This document shows positions 55,454 through 64,000 of a stretch of 64,000 nt of DNA, piece by piece (within the stretch, counting starts at the first letter, position 1; the number at the start of each line of letters is the position of its first letter). The position numbers were made by a program, and so were the translations under genes. Origin of the DNA: Blastocladiella emersonii ATCC 22665 (taxonomy: Eukaryota; Fungi; Blastocladiomycota); NCBI GenBank assembly GCA_025594325.1, contig JANHCV010000005.1, positions 1,674,001 to 1,738,000 of the forward strand. The letters run 5' to 3'. Below the pieces are notes generated by a model. The model was given only the letters and a program-made list of their open reading frames with translations, was not told the origin of the DNA and did no database searches.

Positions 55454-57294
55454 TTAGAAGATAGCAGGCCACTCGGCTGGCGGCAAGTTGACGGGCGGAA
55501 GATATCGCTCGACGACGATGCGGCGACAGCTGTGCAGCTGGCTCGACCCCATGGGCACCCCCGAGTTGTTCAAATAGAGACAGAGAACGCGCGGAAGCTC
55601 CTCGGCGAAACGTAGGAGTGGGGCCACGCTCGCCTCGGTGAGCGAATTTCCCACAAGCGCGAGCTCGTGCACGCGCTTGGACAACCCATTAAGGAGCAGC
55701 GATAGGTTCGGGTCGGTGAGACTCAGTCCGCAAGCCCATAGCTCTTCAAGGTTTTGCAGCTCTCCGGTGGCGAGGACGAGATCGCGGCATGACGGTGCCG
55801 CCTGGCTTGCGTCTAGTATGGAGCGCCCACCAAGCCCAAACTTCAAGGAACGAAGCTGTTTGGGAAGGTTGCTCGCAAGAATTGATATGTCCTCGATGTT
55901 GAGATCAAAACCGACGAGATTAAGGGTATCCAAGCTCGTAGGGAAGTACGGAGCAAGGTGCTGGATTGTTCCGCATCGAGGATAGTTGTACGACAGGTCC
56001 AAGCGCTCGAGTTTGGCAGGGAGGCACGGCGCAAGCATTTTGATGTCTTCTGCGGTCAAGCAACAAGTCTTCATGGACAGCCGTTTAAGCGACGAAGGAA
56101 GCGATCGGAAGAGAGTGCCGAGGACGGGGGTTGGACGCGAAGGCCGCAGAGTGGATGGCGTGGCCAAAGCGGTCAAAGCAGAGTTCAAGTCAGATCCGGA
56201 CCCTGAGGCCTCCTCGTCGACTGGTTTCTCGGGCTGGTGATCATAATCATCCTCGTCGTCGCTGTTCTCGCGGGAAAAGGCACAGTAGTAAAGCGTGATC
56301 GTGTCAAGAGTCGCTGGAAGAAATGTGAAAAGCGTCGACGAATCCTCGAGCGCATCGAGTTCGTAGAAGTAAAAGGTCAAGACGCTGAGCTTCGCGGGCA
56401 AGAGACTCCCAAGCGCGATGTCGCCGCTGCGTTCGACGCGCGATCGACACAAGTGGATCTTGGTGATGGAATCAGAGAGCGGCGGAGCGGGAGCAGCATA
56501 TGGCGCGCCGCGAGGAACGTCGTGGCGCATGCATTCAAACTTGAGCGTGTCGACGGTCGGTGGAAGGAGAAGAGTCCGAGCAGTACCAGCAGTCATGTTG
56601 CATGGGTCAAACGCCAAAAGGGTCACTTGCTGATCGGGATCGGCGAGAGCGTAGTTTAGAACCTTGATTCCAAATTCACTCAAGCGACCGTCGGAGATCT
56701 GCAAGTGAGCACACTCGCCCTGCACAATGTCCGGATATTGCTGGAGTACGTTCTCGTCGTCGGGCTCCATGGCGGCAGCGGCCAGAGGTTTCTACCGTAC
56801 ATTTGGAGGTCAGCGTCGGCTGGACCGGATGGAGGACAAGTTACACGCACCGGACCAAAGTCCATCATCTCGGAGACTGCGCGGCTCCCAATGACGCCCA
56901 CGACCGTTGGGAAGACATCATCGTTGATGTTACCGGCGAGCCGCGGAAGTGACAGTCCCGAGTCGCGCCACCAGTCAAGCACCTGCCACTTGCAAGCATG
57001 GCAAGCTTCAATGATCGAATACAACCCGTCCCTGCCGACCTCAACCATGCCGAGCTCGCGCCGCGTCTCAAGGCAGGCAACGTTTCCGTATCGACCAGCG
57101 GCTTCCATGGACGCCCCAAGGCAACATTGCAAAATGGCACGCATGACGCTCGGGATATCGGCGCGGCGCCTCACGCGCGCGTACTGCGCGTAACCTTCAA
57201 GGTCCCAAGACTTGCTGTACGTGTCCGCGTGCGCGTGGACGGCATAGTAGAGTACACGGTCGATGATTTGCGGTAAGTTAAGTCTCGAGTCCAT
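55454..57294 (-). CDS. F-box-like/ankyrin-like + RNI-like LRR protein, copy d
   Basis: LNLPQIIDRVLYYA...VLDWWRDSGLSLP; conserved intron at about 56848-56792; LRRs LPAKLERLDLSYNY and FPTSLDTLNL. Confidence 0.82.
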
Positions 57295-57671
57295 TGGTTT
57301 TCATCTCTTGCGGTCTGCCGACAAGGAGCGGGAGCAGCGCATCGATGACTCCGACCGCGCGGAAACCCAGACTGCTCGTTGGACCATCACGTGGCTCGCG
57401 CATGCATATGAACGACGCGTCTGAAGTGAAGCGAGGCAATGAAGGTGTTAACGACCCCACTCCGACTCTGAATCAGCTCGGAAACTCGGCGACGCGAGAA
57501 GCGGAGGTGAAACAGACCTGGTCGTGTCCCGCCATGGGCCAGCACACGCACGTGCGTATCCCATCGAGAGCCAGTACACGCACTGGTTTTCTGTATGCGT
57601 GTTTAATCGGAGGAAAGTCTATTTATTGGATTTGACACGCTCGTCATGAAATCCCTAGCACGCTCTCGCCG

Positions 57672-58668
57672 TTACACAAACCGCGTGACAAACTTGAGCG
57701 CCGCAGTGAGCACGAGCGCGATCCCAGCCGCGACAGCGTGGGTGTTGCTGACAATCGACGCGCGCATCGTGTCGGCCTCGATCGTAAACACTTGATAAAA
57801 GCTTGGCCAGAGGTTGTGCGACGCGGAGACCAAGAGCGGGACCAGGAGCGGCGCGAGCAGGGCGGCGATCGCGAGCGGGACGGCCACGAAGGAGCGCAGG
57901 ACCGAGTGCAGGACGAGGCCGCCAAGGATGCCGAGGTACACGAGATTGACAGCGACGAGGACGTACTTGTTTCAGGTGCTGAGCGAGGGCCACTGCTGCA
58001 AGAGGTACGGCGCCATGGTCGACGTGGTTGCGATCAGGAGACCGACCTCGACAAGAATGCAGGTGACGAGGGGCGAAGATGATGACCCCGAATCCGGTCT
58101 CGGGGAAACCAGCTTCACCTTGCTCATTAGGCTCCGGTTTCCACCACGGGAGCTCGCCGTCCTGCTGAGCATTTCCGGTCTCGAGCTGGTCCTCGATGCT
58201 TAAAAGCGACACAAACTTGGGCGACAGCACGACGATGATGCCGTGCAGGGACCAGCTCATGACGACGAGAAAGTGGGCCGCCCTGGGCTCGCCAAACGGC
58301 GTCGGGTTCTTGGGCAGCACGAAAGCAAGAAGCCAGATGGCCTTGGCAAACTCCATGACCAGCGAGACCACGATGTAGAGCGTGAAGAAAGTGCCGAGCC
58401 CCTTCTTAGGCTTCGTGTCCTGTTCGGGCTCGAGCTTATTGCGCAGCGCGCCGCAGCACACGAGGGGCTTCACGCAGGCCATGGCCGTCGCCTTGATCCA
58501 CTGCGAGTGCCAGAAGGTGGCGTACTGGAGGAGGCCGAAGACGAGCGGGATGACCAGGCCGGGCCAGCCGAGCATAATCGGGTACTGCTGGATCATGTCC
58601 TCGGCGCTGCCGGGCTCGATGCGCGGAAGCAGCGCCGTGGTGTTCAATCGTTGCGCAAAATGATTCAT
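57672..58668 (-). pseudogene. multi-pass membrane protein, disrupted
   Basis: Series of TM-like segments; +1 frameshift in a C run near 58075 and an in-frame TGA at 57972. Confidence 0.6.
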
Positions 58669-58958
58669 GGACGTTTCATGTCGTGTGGGTTGATGGCCTG
58701 GAGCGAAAGCCGTTCGCGAGGGTTTTGAACGCAGCGCTGCAGGGGCGCGAAGTGACACCGGCCCTCGCTTTCTGCGCCCGGCCGAGGCCGAGGGCGTGCA
58801 TGGCCGCATTTCGAAAGAGGAAGAGACGAGCCTGTGGCGGAAAGCGTGACCGGCGTCATCTTGCACGTCGCGGTCGTTGCTGGCCATGACCACGGTTGCC
58901 TCTCTCTCACCCCTCACTCGCCCCTCACGACGTTATATACAACAACCAGATCTCGATT

Positions 58959-61175
58959 TCACCACAAATTCGACGGCCGCGCCGCCCCTGCCCCCGCGCC
59001 CGCGGCTGCCGCGAGCCCGCCGATCCTCCGGCCCGTGGTCGTCGTCGCGGCCGCCGCCATGGACGCCGGCCGCTGCCCTCCTCCTCCCGCGGTGCCGTAC
59101 CCCGCATACAGCGCGGGTTTCCCGAACAAACCCGCCGGTACACCGCCACCGGCGATCCCGCCCGTCGACGCTGGCCGGCCGTTGCCCGCCGCTCCCGCCG
59201 CAGACGTCGTGGTCGTGGTCGTGGATTTCGGGATGCGCGACGGCGGCGGCGGGACTTGCGCCGCAGCAGCCGCGGCAGCCGCGGCCGCGGCGGGCCGCTT
59301 GGACGGGCTGATGGACCGGTGCACGGCGCCCATGAGTCGGTTGGCGGTGTGCGAGCGGAGCGGCGACGTGGAGCGGAACGGGCCGGGGGCGGCTGCGGGC
59401 ACAGCCGCGGCGGCGGCGGACGGGAACGGGAAGCTGAGTGGGTCCGAGGCGGGGTCGGCAAAGTCGCCGAAACCGCCGTTGCCGCCGCCCGCGCCAGCGG
59501 CAGCGTTCACGGTGCGCCGGTACGTCTCGTCCTTGAGGTTGTCGTGCAGCCACTCGATGGCTACGAGGAGCGAGACGGGAGGTGAGCGAGTGAGCGGGGA
59601 CCACGCAACGTGCAGTGAAGACGTACTCTTCTTCTGCTCGACGTTGGCCTTCTGGACCTCGTCCAGCTCGCCACGGACGCGCACGAGCTCGTCGGCGTTG
59701 CGCTTCGCGTCCGCGCGCGCGTCGTCGAGCTTCTGCCTCGTCCGGGCCGCCTCGTCGCGCGCGGCGTCGAGCTCGGCCTTACACGTCCCGAGGATCTTCT
59801 CCTGCTGGAGCGTGACGAGGTTTTTGGTCTTCATCTTACTCTTGGCGTTGCGGATCTCGGCCTGGAGCTTCCCAATGATCGCGTTGCCCTTGTTGATATC
59901 CTCGGCAGCATGCTGCCGCGCATCCTCGAGCTGGCGGATCTGGGCTCGCGCGGCCTCGAGGTCGAGCGCGGCCTGCTCGCGGCGCTGCTTTTCCGACGCC
60001 AGCTCGAGCTCGGCCGCGTGCAGGTGCTCGGCGCGTTCCTGCGCGCGCTCGTCGAGCCGCGCGTACGCCTCGCGCAGGCGCGCCAGCTCGTCGGCGGATC
60101 GGTCGAGGTCGCGCTGGTGCGCGGCGGCGCTCGCCTGCGCGCTGCGCAGGCTCGCCTGCACCGCCGAGTGGTCCGACGACAGCTGCGTGTGCGCGTCGCG
60201 CAGTTTGGCGAGGTCGGCCTCGAGCGCGCGCACGCGCGAGGTCAGCTGGTCGTTGTGCCGCACCAGGGTCGCGTTCTCGGACGTCAGCGTCTGGATCTAC
60301 ACTCGGGCGCGCGCGCGAGTCAGCGGTGGCGCGGGGACGCGGTACCGGGTGAAAGGAACGGACTTTGCCCTCCAACTTTTCGCGCACCTCGCGACTCTCG
60401 TCCTCGAGCGCGCGCCGCTCACGGGTCCGCTCCTTGCTCGCGGCGTCGCGGTCGCGTTTCGACTCCTCGGCGTGGGCAGTCTCGATGCGGACGACCTCGC
60501 GCGCGTGGTCGGCGCGGGCCTGGTCGAGCTGCGCGCGAAGCGACTCGGCGTTGGCCTCGGCGGCACGCGCCTGGTCGGCAAGGGTCTGCGACAGGTGCTG
60601 GGCGTTGTTGCGGGCGGTGGCGAGCTGGTCCTTGAGCTGGGCGACGATGCCTGCGAGGTACGTCTTGACGGCGGCGTCGTTGCCCGGGACCACGGCGAGG
60701 GCGAGGTGGCCGACCTGCTTGAACTTGGTGGTCTCGATCACCTTGAGGGTCGCGGGGCGTGCCGGGTCGTCGATGACGAGCTCGGCGAGGAATCTGGGTG
60801 CAATCGCTAGTGAGCCGACGTCCCGGGGCGGCGTCAAGCGACCGAGCAAACGCACTTTCCCGGCTCCCCCGCTCCGGGCATACACGCCTCGAGGAGATCG
60901 CTCACATTGGCGGGAAACGCGCCGAAATCGACGACGATCCCCTGCTCAGTGCGCAGGACGTGGTAGTCGTCCTCGGACAGCGCGAGCGAGTAGAGAAAGT
61001 ACGGGTCGGCGTCCTGGGTGACCGTGACGTGCAGCAGGCGGCGCGGCTCGCGGCGCGACGACAGCGCGATCAGCGCCTGCACCGTCGACACGCGGTCGCG
61101 CGAGCGCAGGTTGAGCGGGACCGTGCCCGACCACAGCGGGGTCGCGGCGTTGGCGGATGGTGGTGGTGCGTTCAT
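58959..61175 (-). CDS. SAS6: centriole cartwheel protein SAS-6
   Basis: Head domain DPYFLYSLALSEDDYHVLRTEQGIVVDFGAFP...LKVIETTKFKQVGHLALAVVPGNDAAVKTYLA, followed by a long coiled coil (EDINKGNAIIGKLQ); about 3 short introns. Confidence 0.9.
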
Positions 61176-61528
61176 GGTTGCTGGTTCATTGCAGAGAGTG
61201 CGAGGTGCGAGTGCCCTTGGGTGTATGCAGGCTGGCAAGAGAAAGGGGGGAGGAGGAGCGGCCGAACCGGCGACCCCTGAGACGGCGCTGCAGTCGTCAC
61301 GCCCAAGTCACGCCATTTCGCGACGCGCCCGCCGGATCGCGCTTTTGTCTCGCGCCTCCTGTGACGCGACGCGTCTCCCGGCTTCCGCGCGTCGGCTCAA
61401 AAGCTTCGCGCTCCCGCAACCCGCGCTCTCGCTCCCCTCATAGACGCTCCCAACCAGCCATGCACTCCATGCAATAGACAACCGACGATAGAGATAGACT
61501 AGAACTAGACGCTACCGCCCTGCACACC

Positions 61529-63543
61529 ATGACCAAGATCACGCCCATCGACTCGGCCGTCGAGTACACGGACGCGCCGGGCCCGAAAGAGTCGCGCAAA
61601 TGCCGCGACGTGTTCTGGCTGCTGCTGTTCGCCGCGTACTGGGTCGGCATGATCATCCTCGCGATTCTGGCTATCACCAACGGCGATCCGCGCCGCCTCG
61701 TGTACGCCTACCTCCCACTGTGCCGGCCGCCACCGCATCTGACACCCCACGCACGTGTAGCCTCCCGACCGACTCGTACGGCAACCTGTGCGGGATCGAC
61801 AACACGGGTCTTCGGACCGGCGGGCGCAACCTGACGGCGACGCCGTACCTGTACTTCTTCGACCCGACCGACGGCCGCGCCAAGCAGGTGTGCGTGTCCG
61901 CGTGCCCGCGGGACACGACGATCCCGCTGTACACGAAGCTCAACTACATCTGCGACTACGGCGTGGTGCCCGCCAACCAGACAGACCTCGCGGCCAAGCA
62001 GATGAACGGGACGTGCGCCGCGGTGACCTACGAGTCGCAGCCCATCATCAACCGGTGCCTGCCGTCGGGCGACCTGGCGCTCGCGTTGGGGCTGGGTCTC
62101 GCGGGGTCGTCGGCCGGGTCCGCGCAGACGAACGCGAGCACGAGCTCGCTGCTGACGCAGGGCATGGATTTCGCGCGGGTCTTTGTGCAGGACATGCTGA
62201 CGACGTGGCCGTGGATGCTGGGCGCGCTGGGCGCGTCGGTCGTGGTGTGTTTCCTGTGGCTGCTGTGCCTGCGGGTGTTCGCGGGCGTGCTGACGTGGGT
62301 GTCGCTGGTCGCCGTCGAGGGCGGGCTCGCCGGGTTCGCCTACTACACGTTCACGCTGTGGCAGGCCTCCGCCAAAACAAACGCGGCGGTCGCGTCCCCG
62401 TCGGCGAGCGACGTGCAGACCGAGAAGATCAACCTCGGCCTGTTCATCTTCTGCGTGTCGCTGGCGTCGCTGTTCCTGGTGATCATGGTGGCGCTGCGCA
62501 ACCGGATCCGGATCGCGATTGCGATCATCAAGGAGTCGTCGAAAGCCGTGACGGCGATGCCGCTGATCGTCGCGTTCCCGCTGATCCCGTACGTGCTGAT
62601 CGTGCTGCTCACGGCCTACTACGCGATCGTCGCCGTGTACATCGAGACGTCCAACGACGTGACGGACCTCGGCAAGATCGGGATCCAGCAGTCCATTACC
62701 TACATCAAGTACTTCCAGTGGTACCACCTGTTCGGGTTCCTGTGGACGCTGGCCTTCCTCGTCGCCATCAACCAGACGACGATCGCCGGCGCCATCGCGA
62801 CCTGGTACTGGGCCCGCGACAAGCGCCAGATGCCGCGAACCGCGGTCCTGCGCTCGTTCTGGCGCACGGTCCGGTACTCGCTCGGCTCCCTCGCGCTCGG
62901 ATCCTTCGTGATCGCGGTCACGCAGCTGATCCGGTTCGTCCTCGCGTACCTGCAGCGCCAGCTGCGCGGGTCGCCGAACAAGGCGGCCAAGTTCCTCCTC
63001 GCCTGCCTGCAGTGCTGCTTCGCGTGCCTCGAGCGGTTCCTCAAGTTCCTCAACAAGAACGCGTACATCCTGATCGCCGTCAACGGCACCTCCTTCTGCA
63101 CGTCGGCGCGGACCGCGGGCGAGCTGCTAGTGCGCAACGCGTTCCGGCTGATCGCCGTCGATTTCGTCGCCGGGTTCCTCCTCTTCCTGTCCAAAGTCGT
63201 GGTCGCGGGCGGGACCGCGTTCGGCCTGTACGCGGTCCTCAACTACACCAACTCGACCAAGGTGACGGCCGCGCAGACGGTCGGCGGCGTGTGCCTCGTG
63301 GTCCTGGTCGCGGCGTGGATGGTCGTCAGCTGCTTCTTCGGCGTTTACCGCATGGCCATCGATACCGTGTTCCTGTCGTTCTGCGAGGACTGCGAGCGCA
63401 ACGACGGGAGTCCCGCGAAACCGTACTTCATGTCCGAGGGACTCGCCGCGCTCACGTCGGTGCGGGCGACGGGCGCGCCGCTGATCGCGAACCAGGGCGG
63501 CGCGGGAGCAGCGGCGCCGGTCAAGAAGATGAAGCAGGTCTAG
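61529..63543 (+). CDS. choline transporter-like (CTL/SLC44/Pns1) protein
   Basis: RKCRDVFWLLLF, PTDSYGNLCG, YHLFGFLW...AGAIATWYW, RYSLGSLALGS, FLKFLNKNAYILIA, AIDTVFLSFCED; intron at about 61702-61760. Confidence 0.92.
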
Positions 63544-63636
63544 GGGAAGGAGGATATTTGCTGTTGTTATTCGATTCCAATTACACTACTACTACTATGC
63601 TAGGGTGGGTTCCAAAAAGGCGGTGGTGGTGCTGGT

Positions 63637-64000
63637 CTACTCGTCGTCATCGTCAAAATCCTCGTCATCATCGTCATCGTCATCGTAATCCTCCTCATCC
63701 TCCTCCTCGTAACGCTCAACCTCCTCCTCTTCTTCCACATGCTGCCCTTGGCGCTGCGCCATCTGCTGCGCCCGCGCGCGGTCGCGCTGGACACTCCGCG
63801 CGTGCTCGATCGCCTGCGCAACCCGCCGCTCCTCGCCGCCACGCACGACGACGACGTACGCGGCGAGCATCGCGATGCCCGCGCCGATCGCGGCGATCGA
63901 CTGGACCGTATCGCGTGACACGGAGGACCGAGACGACGCGACCGCGGTGCGGGCGGCAGTCACGGCGCCGCGGACCGAGTCGGCGACCGCGGTGGTGAAC
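63637..64000 (-). CDS. 3' end of a hypothetical membrane protein with acidic tail
   Basis: TM-like AAIGAGIAMLAAYVVVV and a D/E-rich C-terminus; continues beyond the window. Confidence 0.55.
   Translation of the reverse strand, partial: FTTAVADSVRGAVTAARTAVASSRSSVSRDTVQSIAAIGAGIAMLAAYVVVVRGGEERRVAQAIEHARSVQRDRARAQQMAQRQGQHVEEEEEVERYEEEDEEDYDDDDDDDEDFDDDDE

Noticed and set aside
44194-57294. NLR immune receptors
   Set aside because: LRRs are present, but no P-loop NACHT/NB-ARC domain occurs in or near these genes.
30597-57974. Premature stops correctable by A-to-I editing (TGA/TAG at Trp codons 32341, 32791, 40624, 57972; ATA start at 30597)
   Set aside because: The same genes also carry lesions that editing cannot fix (TAA at a Gln codon, TCG to TAG, frameshifts, truncations). 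Trp-to-stop transitions are the commonest nonsense route, so ordinary decay explains them.
1-64000. CRISPR arrays, rRNA, tRNA, LTR retroelements, viral genes
   Set aside because: No repeat-spacer arrays, RNA-gene signatures, LTR pairs, reverse transcriptase or viral hallmark motifs were seen. Small RNA genes could be missed by eye.

Overview
GC-rich eukaryotic genomic DNA with short GT-AG introns. The fungal polarisome gene BUD6/AIP3 occurs together with the centriole gene SAS-6 and a TMEM138-like ciliary gene, which points to a zoosporic (flagellated) fungus; an Allomyces-like blastoclad is my inference. Housekeeping genes (DH-PH RhoGEF, WD40 protein, kelch membrane protein, Bud6, SAS-6, choline-transporter-like protein) are interleaved with a fast-turnover accessory compartment. 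That compartment holds about 10 loci with an N-terminal F-box-like motif (a 7-copy tandem array at 30.6-39.6 kb plus an inverted-duplicated subfamily), 4 genes with an F-box-like/ankyrin-like N-terminus and an LRR C-terminus, and 3 DUF4470 genes. Many are pseudogenes, and several share one upstream cis-module. Two DNA transposons could be delimited from sequence alone. (i) A 4.1-kb Helitron2/Helentron-type element (15618-19713) has palindromic subterminal inverted repeats, a GCGAAGC 3' hairpin, a frameshifted PIF1 helicase, a cargo ORF and no Rep domain. (ii) A 4.5-kb TIR element (48482-52947) encodes an intron-containing P-element-like DDE transposase. It has an apparent 3-bp target duplication, no THAP finger and a long insertion in the catalytic core, and it sits in the 5' leader of a DUF4470 gene. 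All family assignments come from manual motif recognition; no searches were run. Some frameshifts lie in homopolymers and could be sequencing errors.
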